This document shows, piece by piece, positions 1 through 10,960 of a stretch of 64,000 nt of DNA. The DNA is taken from contig JBHGNT010000012.1 in NCBI GenBank assembly GCA_043228905.1, forward strand, positions 13,578,001-13,642,000. The letters run 5' to 3'. The notes beneath the pieces were generated by a model. It searched no databases. It saw nothing but the letters and a program-made list of their open reading frames with translations, and was not told where the DNA came from. The stretch comes from Azolla caroliniana. Lineage: Eukaryota > Plantae > Polypodiophyta. The number at the start of each line of letters is the position of its first letter. Position 1 is the stretch's first letter. The position numbers and the translations under genes are program-made.

Positions 1-187
1 CTCGATGGTGAACGTGATCTTTAACGTCTCTTCAAATGCCTACCACGTCGGATATTGCTGCCGTATGCTGTGGATACTCCCTTGAAGCTCGTCAGTCACC
101 ACCCGATTGAAGGATGTCACTTGCAGTCCTTCTGAATCCCTCACCGTAACATTTCCGCCTTGTAATCTCGTAAATATCGCGACACGT

Positions 188-999
188 TGTCGCGTTGTTA
201 CGCGTGTGCGTGGAGAAAGGCGGGACCACGGGGGTCTTGGACTAGGGAGTGACGGAGCATAGGAAGTCGTACTTCACCGTTTCCGGGGCATCCCAAAAGC
301 ACACCGGAGGCAACCGAAGGGAGAGAGAGAAAGAGAGGGAGCGCGCGCTTGACACCGACTCGCGCACGCACACGCACACACACACACACATGCTGACCTG
401 ACTCACGCCCTTATGTACAGGCAACGCAGGAAAGGGGAAGCGCCCGACACCAATAGAGACACGAATATGCACAGACAGACGCAAATGTAAGTATTACAAG
501 GGAAAGAATGCAACCCCGGCTTCGAGCCGGACCATGGTAGGGTAGGTTACAGCAGTAGTTTGCTGCCAAGCCGCCATCCGGGAAGCTCTCGGGCTCGTCA
601 CGCGGAGCGGGGTCTTGCACAGGAGACCTAGTAGAGACAACCCTCAACGGTCGACTTCCCCGCCAAGAAGAAGAAGAAGAAGAAGAAGAAGAAGAAGAAG
701 AAGAAGAAGAAGAAGAAGAACTAACTCTAAACCTAACGGTATACCCTCTAACACAAAACGGGCAACCCTTTCACAAAGGGCGCTCCCTTGCTTTTATAGA
801 ACAAGGAGAGGGATGCGTTACAATGTGGGATAAATCTCGACTTACATGGGATCGTCTGTCCCGACTTGACTACTCTTCAGCACCATAAAGGCACCCTCGT
901 TATTCACACTAAATGTACAAGGGTGAGCACACATGCTGCACCCCGCCGATGTAGCCAATGTTTCCCGGTTTCCGCCTCTAGCCGAAATTCTTCACGACA
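188..999 (-). mobile_element. Solo LTR (812 bp)
   Basis: Termini TGTCGCG...CACGACA; flanked by ACGT at 184-187 and 1000-1003; minus-strand TATAAAA near 792-798; interrupts gag cleanly. Confidence 0.8.
665..720. repeat. (AAG)n microsatellite inside the solo LTR
   Basis: About 19 perfect AAG units; explains the poly-Arg ORF 615..833. Confidence 0.95.
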
Positions 1000-1413
1000 A
1001 CGTCTTTCCCGTTAAATTTCCTGTTCCGTTGCACGAGCCGCTCTACTGCCGCCGCAATCTCCGAGACCGCGTGTTGTTCTTGTTGCATCCGCTCAAACAT
1101 CGCCATCATGTTGTTAGTCCCCGGTTGATTTTCCATCTCCTTGCCACCCGGTTTCACATCAGGTTCACCAATTGTGTCGTGCCTTTCAGCTTCGGATCGT
1201 TGTGTGAGTTGGGTGGGAACCATTGAAATTTTGGACTAGGACAAAGAAGAATAGAATATAAGGCTAGTTATGAATAGGTAGAAAGAGAAGTCAGAAATAA
1301 AACTTGTGAATCCCACGTGTTTAGTGTATTTAATCAATATTTAGATTGTAAGAAAGAGAATTTTTATGATAAACTCGTGAATCATCGAATATATTAGATT
1401 GATCAATCCTTGT

Positions 1414-1801
1414 TGTTGAGAATCAAGCTCAACTTGGTCTAGTGTGTGAACTCACCTTGAGAGTGAAGAGACACCTCAACGGTCAAGAGTCACCATTATG
1501 TCACCACTTTGTATTCTAGCATTTAGTATGAGTCATAGAATCATATTCTATGACACATAACTTATGAGCTTTCACATTCCCCATGCTCCATGAGCCTTGT
1601 AGTTAATGAAGAGAGAGGGTGACTACATAAAGCACCCTCCTCCCATCTTGTATAATGTTGAGTCTTTCTCCTTTGTTAATATACTTTTAACCTTGCGTAT
1701 TCTCTGTGTTTCACTCACTCTCTCTCTCTCTCTCTCTCTTACACACACACATAACTCACATCTCTTCCGCCTCACAAGAATCAATCTCTTGATTCTTTAC
1801 A
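1414..1801 (+). repeat. Copia-1 5' LTR
   Basis: TGTTGAG...TTTACA; direct repeat of 6495-6894. Confidence 0.95.
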
Positions 1802-1812
1802 TGGTATCAGAG
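1802..1812 (+). promoter_or_regulatory. Primer-binding site (tRNA-iMet)
   Basis: TGGTATCAGAG immediately after the 5' LTR. Confidence 0.9.
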
Positions 1813-1960
1813 AGATTTGGTAGCTTGATCTAGCCCATTCGCCTCATCGTGATCGTGTGTTGTGCTCTACGCCGACGACCAAGAACCGGCTCATAGCTAT
1901 CGTAGCTTCGCTACATAGCTCGCATTCGAAGAGAGAAGAAGAAGAAGAAGAATCGACATA

Positions 1961-3313
1961 ATGAATATTCAAATGGGGAGCGCTCTCCCTACTGAGAAGT
2001 TGGATCAAAACAACTTCGCATCTTGGGAGTACAAGATGCACCAATACCTTGTCGGACAAGGCTATTGGAGCTACATCAAAGGAGCGCATGAAGACCAACC
2101 TGCCGAAGCGGCTCCCGAATACGTGACATGGGAGCAAGCCGCAAGCCGTGTGATGTATTGTTTGGTGACATGTGTTCACGACCACATGCTCGGTTACATT
2201 CGAGAAGCCAAGAAGCCGAAGGAAACGTGGGAAAATCTACGAAAGATTTTTGCCGCCAACACGACCGCGAGGAAGCTTCAACTCCGCCAAGAGTTGAACG
2301 ACATTCAACAAAGGGACATGTCCATCACGACATACACCTTGAAGATCAAGGAGCTTTGTGACTCGATCGACTCAATAAGCGTAAGTATAGATGATGATGA
2401 AATGGTGCAAATATGCCTCGGCGGCCTCGCACCACGGCTCGGCGCGATGCGAACTGCCGTTCTAGCACGGGAGAAATCTCCCTCCTTCTTCGAGCTCCAA
2501 TCAATGCTATTGGTCGAAGAAAACCACGTGCGTACAAGGAGCAATGAGTCGGAAGGCCACATGCCCTACACACACTCTAATGGAGGAAGAGGGCGCGGAC
2601 GAGCGAAAGGCGGATTCGGCCAAGGACAAGGCAGACGAGGTCCGACCTACGACAACAACTCCTAATTTTGGCCGCAAAACGGAGGCCAATGAGGAACCTT
2701 CGCAAGAAGGGGGAGCTTCCACTCCGGCCCGAGCCGTCAAAATGCAACCGAATGCGGATATTGCGGAAAGCTCGGCCACCATGAAGAAGAGTGCCAAAAG
2801 AAGATGCGTGAATCGGCTTCCACAAGCTGACAACTCACGAATTACGCACATAATTCCGACTACGAAGAGTATAGCGGAATGTACGGGAACAACTCCGACT
2901 ACGAAGATCGTGGCGGAATGTATGCACGCAACTCCGGCCGTGACGGAATGTTCATGATGAAACATAGAGCAAACTCTATGTCGGCCTCTACCTCAACTAG
3001 TGCCCTCAATCCAGAGGACGTATGGTTTGTAGACTCTAGAGCCTCAAACCATATGACATCCCATAAAGAATGGTTTCTCGAACTTCGAGAGCTGGAGCGA
3101 CCCGGTTATGTCGAAACCGGAGATGACACTATGCACCTGATTCGGCACATCGGCAATGTCCCGTTCGGCGAAAGAGGTAAGCAAACATACATTAAAAATG
3201 TCTTGCATGTTCCCACCATCACGAAGAATTTGGTCTCGGTCAGCCAAATGGTTGAGCAAGGGATGCAAGTACGATTCGATCAAGAAGGGTGCTTCATCGA
3301 AAAAGAAGGCTGA
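1961..3313 (+). pseudogene. gag: Copia gag (UBN2-type, CCHC knuckle) and aspartic protease, with a premature stop at 2663
   Basis: KLDQNNFASWEYKM...; knuckle CGYCGKLGHHEEEC at ~2753-2795; protease WFVDSRASNHMT. TAA at 2663 corresponds to CAA in the sister copy (~53988). Confidence 0.9.
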
Positions 3314-6188
3314 ATCATCACACACGGAAGAAGTTCATTCTCGATTCGCACAAGATGAAATCCGCCATGTTCGCGAAAAGCTCGAAAGTCGACTTCGACA
3401 TAGAGCTATGGCATAAGCGAATCGGCCACATCAATCTCAACAAACTCAAAGCAATGAAATTGAAAGGAGTCGTCATCGGACTCCCAACATTCAAAGAGAA
3501 GGAGATTGAAGGTGTATACGAAGCGTGCCAATTCGGCAAGCAACACCGACACCCATTTCCGAAGGAGCGGAACATGAGCAAAGGCGTACTCGACGTAATT
3601 CATTCCGATGTATGGAGTCCGGCTCAAACGGCGACATTCGGCGGATGCCGATATTACATGCTCTTCATCGATGACTTTTCTAGGCACACTTGGATTTACC
3701 CGATGCGGCAAAAGAGCGAAGTGTTCGGACACTTCCAAAATTTCAAGAATGAAGTCAAGAAAGCCACTGGCCGACATGTACAATGCCTTCGATCGGATGG
3801 TGGCAAGGAGTACTTCTCGGACCATTTCACGGCGTATCTCCGAAAGGAAGGAATTCGGCGAGAATTCACTTGCCGACACACTCTGCAACAAAATGGAGTA
3901 GCCGAGCGCAAAAATCGGCACATCCTCGAAGTAGCGCGGGCCATGATGAACGAGAAGCATATGCCCAAGTCATATTGGGCCGAATTGGCAAATACGGCTG
4001 TCTACCTAATGAACCGGTGCACAACATCCGGCGTGCACGAGGTCACTCCGCATGAAAGATTCTTCGGAAAGAAGCCGAACCTATCACATGTTCGGATATT
4101 CGGCTCTATTGCGTACGTGCACATCCCCGACGAGAAGCGTCAAAAGCTCAACCCGAAGTCGGAGAAATGTATCCTCGTAGGATACTCACTGGAGCAAAAG
4201 GGGTACAAGTGCTACAACCCCTCAACTCAAAAATCTCAGGAAAGTCGAGACGTCGTTTTTGACGAGTTCGCATCCTGGTACGCACCAGAGACAACTTCGC
4301 CTCCGACTCCGCTCGACCCGGAATCCACTGAACAAGAGATAGGGGATGAAGATCACCTTACGCGCATGTTCGAAGAAAGTCCGATCACGACCCGACTGAG
4401 CGGACCACAAGAGCCTTTGAGCGATCAAAGCACATCACGGCCTAGCCCAAAGATGGACAAAGGCAAGGCGAAAATGGCGGAATATGAAGACGATCGCTTC
4501 GACGACGATGAATCGACTCACTCACTCGACAGTGAGTTCGGCGATTTCGAGGTACCAATCGGAGCCAAGAAAGCCCTCATCTCTGCAAATGAAAAGCTTT
4601 GCCGATCCACTCGTGAAAAGAACCCTGTAAGCCGATTCGGCTACAACGATTATATGGCGTACCATTACGCCTTTATGATGAAGGTAGCGACAGTACGGGA
4701 GCCGGAAACCTTTTCGGATGCCGCGAAGGACCCGCGATGGATCGAAGCAATAAATGAGGAGATGCAGGCACTACGGAAGAACGAGACGTGGGATCTTGTT
4801 CCCACCTCACCACACAAAAAGCCGATTGGATGCAGATGGATCTACAAAGTGAAGTACAACGCGGACGGTTCCGTCAACCGCTATAAAGCTCGACTCGTAG
4901 TGAAAGGATATGCTCAGACACATGGCATCGACTACGAAGAAACCTTTGCCCAGGTGGCAAGGATGACAATGGTGCGGACCGTAATTGCGGTTGCCGCGGA
5001 GAAAGGGTGGCACCTCCATCAAATGGACGTCAAGAACGCCTTCTACAAGGCGAATTAGAAGAGGAGGTGTACATGCTACAACCACCCGGCTTCAACTCGA
5101 GCACCCATCCAAAAGCTGTATGCCGACTCAAGAAGCCACTCTACGGCCTCAAGCAAGCACCGCGTGCTTGGCATTCGAAGATAACGCAATATCTTCATCA
5201 AATCGGCTTCCGTATGTCAAAATCGGACAACTCCCTCTACATACGAAGCGATTCCGCAAGTCCGATCGGCATCATCTTATATGTGGATGACCTAGTCATT
5301 GGAGGTGAGCATCTCGTCAAAATCAATAAGGTCAAATCCCTCCTTTCCGACAAGTTCGAGATGACGGACATGAAGGAGCTCCACTACTTCCTCGGCATCG
5401 AGGTAATTCGAAGTCCGGCCGGAATCATGATCTCTCAATGGCACTACATCCTCAACTTGTTATACAAGTACGGGATGGCTGAGTGCAAATCCGTGGCAAC
5501 CCCGCTCGATCGTAATCTCAAACTAGATGCGCACTCCGACACCAAAGCGTGTGAGCTGACTCAGTATCGGCAACTCATCAGGAGTCTCATCTACCTCACG
5601 ATCACTCGACCCGATCTCAGTTATCCGGTCGGTCTCCTTAGCCAATTCATGCAAACATCGCATGATACTCACTTGGATTGTGCTAAGCGAGTTCTACGAT
5701 ACGTGAGCGGCACAATGGATTGCGACATCCTCTACAAGACCGCGATGCCAATGCGACTCAAGGGGTACACAGACGCCGATTGGGCCGGCTACAAAGCTGA
5801 TAGAAGATCAACCTCTGGATCTGTTTTCTCCCTCGGCAGCGGAGCAATATCCTGGAGTAGCAAGAAGCAGCCTACCGTCGCTCTTTCGAGTACGGAGGCG
5901 GAATACAAGGGCGCAGCCGTAGCTGCGTGTGGAGCCGTATGGCTCAAGAGGATTTTGAAAGATCTGGGCATACCCATCAAGGATCCGACTTCCCTTTACT
6001 GCGACAACATCAACAGTATCTATCTGGCTCAGAACCCGGTGTTCCACGCACGGACAAAGCACATCGAAGTGCACTATCACTTCATCCGAGAGCGCGTTCT
6101 GGCTGGCGATGTCGACCTACAACACATAAGCACCAATCTTCAAACGGCCGACATCTTCACTAAAGCCTTAGGAGCCAACAAGCTATGA
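3289..6188 (+). pseudogene. pol: Copia pol: integrase, RT and RNase H, with a frameshift at ~5045 and a stop at 6186
   Basis: WHKRIGH..CQFGKQ; IHSDVW; LRSDGGKEY; QQNGVAERKNR; RT KARLV, HQMDVKNAF, LYGLKQAPR, LYVDD; RH TDADWAG, RTKHIEVHYHF. Confidence 0.95.
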
Positions 6189-6494
6189 CAATTCATGACC
6201 GATCTCGGATTGACAATCCCTGATTTGCCAAGCTTGAGGGGGAGTACTGAAGACACTACGCAATAACGCGTAGATTCCGCAACCACACACTGTAGCAGCA
6301 AAGAGCCGATCTACCACGCAAAGCCGCGAAGAAAGACGCAAGCCGAAGCACAGACTTCGTAACTACGCACAACGCAAGCTGGAGCACGGATTCCGCAACT
6401 CCGCATAAAGCGAGTCGACGCGGACTCCCGAACGTGAATTGAAGCGGATTTCGGATACCGTCTGAAACCGACCCGACTTGAGCTTGAGGGGGCG

Positions 6495-6894
6495 TGTTGA
6501 GAATCAAGCTCAACTTGGTCTAGTGTGAAAACTCACCTTGAGAGTGAAGAGACACCTCAACGGTCAAGAGTCACCATTATGTCACCACTTTGTATTCTGG
6601 CATTTAGTATGAGTCATAGAATCATATTCTATGACACATAACTTATGAGCTTTCACATTCCCCATGCTCCATGCGCCTTGTAGTTAATGAAGAGAGAGGG
6701 TGACTACATAAAGCACCCTCCTCCCATCTTGTATATTGTTGAGTCTTTCTCCGTTGTTAATATACTTTTAACCTTGCGTATTCTCTATGTTTCACTCACT
6801 CACTGACTCACTCACTCTCTCTCTCTCTCTCTTACACACACACATAACTCACATCTCTTCCGCCTCACAAGAATCCATCTCTTGATTCTTTAGA
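6495..6894 (+). repeat. Copia-1 3' LTR
   Basis: Preceded by PPT GAGGGGGCG and followed by TSD CTTGT; ends in GA (mutated CA). Confidence 0.95.
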
Positions 6895-7207
6895 CTTGTA
6901 AAATAATCAACATCATACATCTTTCTCTCCTCCTTATATAAGGATGGAAGAGGCTAAACATAGCTTCATGCTTTTTCTAAAGTGTTCATGCACACTAAAT
7001 GTGCATGAGTTGCCTTTTACACTATGCTTTTATTTCCTAAATATGGTGCTCATGCTTGCTAGATGTGCACGAGTAATTTTTTATTGGTGTACATTTTTCT
7101 TATAAATAAAGTATTCACGCATTCTAAAAATGCATGACTTACCTTTTAATAAAGGTAGGCATAAATAAAGGTCTTATACGTATTAAATCTATATTTAGAA
7201 CACTTAG

Positions 7208-7280
7208 GAGAAGTTAGTACAATGGTAAAGTTGGGGTTTGTCTATGTGGAGGTACAAGGTTTGAATTTTGCCCTATGCAT
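7208..7280 (+). other. tRNA-like A-box/B-box cassette in the U3 tip of the element A LTR
   Basis: TAGTACAATGG (7215-7225) and GGTTTGAATTT (7258-7268) at tRNA-like spacing; homologue at 49562-49615. Confidence 0.5.
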
Positions 7281-7560
7281 GTAACAATCTTTTCTTCTAT
7301 TTGTAAATTTGTCTCTTCATCCCGTGAGAGACTCTCACTGGCCTTCTTTATCCGGCTCTTGCTGGTTCTGCTTGATCCGGTTCTTACCGGATCCTCCTTG
7401 TCAGTACCTCCTTCATCCGGTTCTCACCGGTTCTCCTTACCGGTTCCTCCTTGTCCCATCTGGAGGAAGAAAAATGCAATTTTTACGTAGTATGCGAATT
7501 ACACTACGACAACGTACCAACATATTTTGTAGTAAACGAGGGGGAGATAAGGACGCTTGA

Positions 7561-8995
7561 CACGAGGAAACAATCGAGAGGGATTGTTTTTTTACACATT
7601 GAATAAAATGCGTACAATCGTTCAGTAAAAAAGAAATGGAATAACGAACCCAATCAATAAATAAAGAAGAGTTTTTATTATAAAACCAGGGATAACCCAG
7701 TATTACATCGGTGGTACAAAGATTCATTACATGGAAGTCTACTTCCTCTATATAAGTATCAATAGAAATTCCTAATGAATGAATCGCCCCGTTGATGTAT
7801 TGTACTCTTCCATCAGCCAAGTGCATCGTGTAGGTGTGATCACTTACGGTGGGTTGGATTCCCCATATCTGAACCAAACGATCATTCACAAAGTTGTGTG
7901 AGATTCCTGAATCAAATAAAAATTGTACGGGAGATCCATTTATATACCCGTTTGCACATAGCAAATCATTGGGTCCCAATACATAGTGCGGGAAAGAACA
8001 TTTATAGCTTATGTTTGGTTCCAATACATAGTGTGGTCCCATATCTGAACCAAATGATCATTCACAAAATTGTGTGAGCTTCCTGAATCAATTACTTAAA
8101 TGATGTGTATAGACCTCAAGGACATCAAGAATCTGACCTTTATGGTCTGCAACTTTTGTTTTGTTGTTGTGCGCTTTCCGTTGGAGCTTTCGACATTGCT
8201 CTTTTGTATGACCCTTCCTTTTGCAGAATAGTCAAAAAGGATGTTGTTGCTTACAATTACAATCCACGAATTCGTTGGGTGTCTTGCATTTCCTAGCGAA
8301 TAGCGACTGCTTAGTCCCCGGCGCTTCGTTAGGTTTGTTATGGTCCTTCTTCGAAGTGCGTTGATAGAGAAGAACTCTTTCAACGGCCTGTTCGAAGGAT
8401 TTGGGATCCTTATCGTGCACTATCTAATGATAGTCCGAATTGGGGATGCCATTGACAAAACAAGCTATCAACCAATTGTGCCCTTCTAAACCCGATTTTT
8501 GGATTTTGGTTCTAGCATGGTGAACATAGTCTTCTAGCGGGGAAAACTTCTTGTAGAGAGGTTCATTAAAGCTTGTGCTACGTTGGTTCAACATAGAGGT
8601 TGCAACAATTGGCCCTTGAAAACTAGGACAAATTCTACCCAAGTATCAGGCAATTTCCCCAAAGTGCGGAGCCCACGCCACCAGGCAACAACCTTACCCC
8701 CTAGTTCTCGGCCGACATATGAAATCTTCGTACTATCTGGCTTGGAATAGAGCTCATCATAGTCAAAAGATGATGAAATGAGGGTAGCTAGGCCTCGTAT
8801 TTATAGCGATACCCAAGGCCCCCAGGCAAGTTCACACTTGGCCTAATGGGTTGTCTCAATCCTCCCCTTCTTTACACTCTCCCCTTCTTTACAATCTCCC
8901 CTTCTTTACACTCTCGTTCCCTCACACTTATCCACGTGTATAGAATACTACGGTAAATTCTCACCACGAGATATTATACGGTCATGCCCGTAACA
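7561..8995 (-). mobile_element. Chromovirus-family fragment: partial 5' LTR (8757-8995) fused to gag and protease
   Basis: Reverse complement of the 10961 LTR start lies at 8995; minus ORFs match gag and FLFDSG protease of 13508..14911; U5, PBS and UTR are deleted. Confidence 0.9.
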
Positions 8996-10960
8996 ATGGT
9001 AGAAGGCTATGGAGGAAGAAATGCATGCACTCACGGAAAACAAGACGTGGGACTTAGTTGATGTACTTAAAGGAGTGAAGCCGGTTCATAACCCCTGTGG
9101 TTCCGCCTCATGGTCCGCACATAGTGACAGATTTTTCACGACACCGGCGTGCCTAGAACGCAAAGATCACGCACCGGCTGCATAAGATGGGGTTTGCAGC
9201 CTCGAAGTCCGACTCTTCACTATTCATCCGGAATGGTCCGGATGGTCTGGTATGTATCCTATTATATGTAGATGATCTAGTCATCACCGGACGCGGACTT
9301 GCTAAAATCGGTCGAGTGAAGTCCCAACTATCGGATGCATTCGAAATGAAGGGCTAGGGGGACCTTCATTACTTCCTCGAGAGCGAAGTGATCCACATCC
9401 CAGAAGGCATATTGATCAATCAACACCACTATGTGTTGAGTATGCTCTTCAAATTTAGTATGATAGAATGCAAATCTGTCTCGACTCCTCTGAACCGAAA
9501 TGTGAAGCTTCGCCCCAATTCCAGAACGGCATGCAACCCGAAAAGGTTTCGACAAATAGTTAGAAGTCTCATATATCTGACCATCACCCGGTCGGACCTC
9601 AGTTATCCGGTCAGACTGATTAGTCAATTTATGGCGCATCCAACCCTGGAGCACCTTCAGTGCGCGCACCGAATACTGAGATATGTTAGCGGCACTAAGG
9701 ACAAGGGGTTGATGTATCAGACTAGTGTAGCCGGACAGCTTGTCGGCTACATGGATGTCGATTGCACCGGAAATGCCAGCGATCGTAGGTCTACATCCGG
9801 ATATGCGTTTTCACTTGGAAGCGTCACGGTTGCATGAAGTAGTAAGAAGCAACTGACAGTAGCACTATCGAGCACCGAGGCCTAGTACCGAGGAGCGGCT
9901 ATCGTGACATGCGAAACCATATAGCTCAAGAGGCTCCTGAAGGATTTGCGAGTGGAGGTGTCTGATTCGATGAGATCTATTGCAACAACCTCAACAGCAT
10001 CCAACTGGCGAAGAACCCCATATTTCACGCCCGGACAAAGGACATCGAGGTGCACTATCATTTCGTCCGAGAGCGCGTTCTCTCCAATGAAGTGGAACCC
10101 TTGACTTAGACAAGTTGTGGCAATTTTCCGGTGCACTAGGTGTGAAATACCTCGATATGCCGAACTTGAGGAGGAATGACAAAGATGACCGAAAAGCCAA
10201 GTTGGAAACCGATTTTGATTTCAGCCCGATTGAAGAAATTGAAGTGTATGGGTCAGCTAAAGAAGCCGAGACCGGACGTAGGGGGAGCCACTAGAACGGA
10301 GAGCCCAAGTCTAAGCCAACCAAAAAAGGGGGAGGCAAAGCCAGAAAGACCGAGACACGAACATGGTCCAATGTCGTCAAGGCTCTGAAGATTGAGGACG
10401 AGTTGGAGACAGCCAAGTCAGACAAGAGCGGGAACGAATCGGAGACAGCCGATTCGGTCAAGATGTTTGGTTTGGTGAGCCGGATCTATGATGGGCCAAG
10501 TGGACAAAAAGACAGCCAAAGCCGACGTCGAAACGGAGGAGCCAATGGGTCGAGGGGCGCCAACACCATGACAACAAGGGAGCTGATAAGGGCCGAAGGA
10601 GCAAACAAGTCGACCGAGAAATTCGAGGTGCGCTAGACCGGACGAGTCGTGGAAAGCGGAACCAGACGGGTCGAGGAGCGTGAGCAAGGCGGGAGGATGC
10701 CAAGGAGAGCCAGAGGAGAGGACCGGCTACCACAGACACTAACACCACGATCTGACCTCAAGTTGAGCTTGAGGGGGAGTGTTGAGCAGATAAGTTCAAC
10801 CGGATCCGGATTGGCCGAATAAGCCGGAGCCGGATCAAAGAACCAGATTGGTGTCTGAATCCAAGAGCCAGATTGGAGAGCCGGATTGTAATCTGGATTA
10901 GGATGAACGGGTAGGCCGTTAGAGGCCTACGAATCTAGCCTAGTTTGTAGCAAGGTTGTT
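8996..10960 (+). mobile_element. Copia-2 fragment: RT/RNase H remnant, 3' UTR, PPT and start of the 3' LTR (10780-10960)
   Basis: [44 protein letters not shown]; PPT GAGGGGGAG at 10771-10779, then TGTTGAGC; cut by the chromovirus LTR at 10961. Confidence 0.88.

Larger units (their letters stand above)
1..1223 (-). pseudogene. gag: gag N-terminal remnant of element A, split by the solo LTR and containing stops
   Basis: ORF 978..1223 (MVPTQLT...FNGKDV) continues at 183 and below (SRYLRDYKAEMLR*GISEGLQVTSFNRVVTDELQ) across the ACGT duplication. Confidence 0.7.
1414..6894 (+). mobile_element. Full-length Ty1/Copia element (Copia-1), decayed
   Basis: LTRs 1414-1801 and 6495-6894 (about 9 substitutions plus a microsatellite indel); TSD CTTGT at 1409-1413 and 6895-6899; PBS at 1802; PPT before 6495; domain order gag-PR-IN-RT-RH. 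Confidence 0.97.
1..7286 (-). mobile_element. Ty3/Gypsy element A: 5' LTR plus gag remnant, running off the left edge; interrupted by a solo LTR (188-999) and a Copia element (1414-6894)
   Basis: Removing the 188-999 insert rejoins the minus-strand frame as ...RKFNGKDVSRYLRDYKAEM..., which is gag-like. The LTR tip reads TGTTACATGCATAGGG (minus) at 7286 and the probable other end is ~1325, followed by a degenerate PBS-like CACGTGGGATTC. 7037-7286 recurs at 49385-49633. Confidence 0.65.

Noticed and set aside
615-833. Poly-arginine ORF
   Set aside because: Translation of the (AAG)n microsatellite in an LTR.
3406-3960. Antisense ORFs over pol (also 54610..55224 and similar)
   Set aside because: Shadow frames of the retroelement coding strand.
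7502-7513. CACTA transposon terminus (also at ~49724)
   Set aside because: No matching inverted end, TSD or transposase found.
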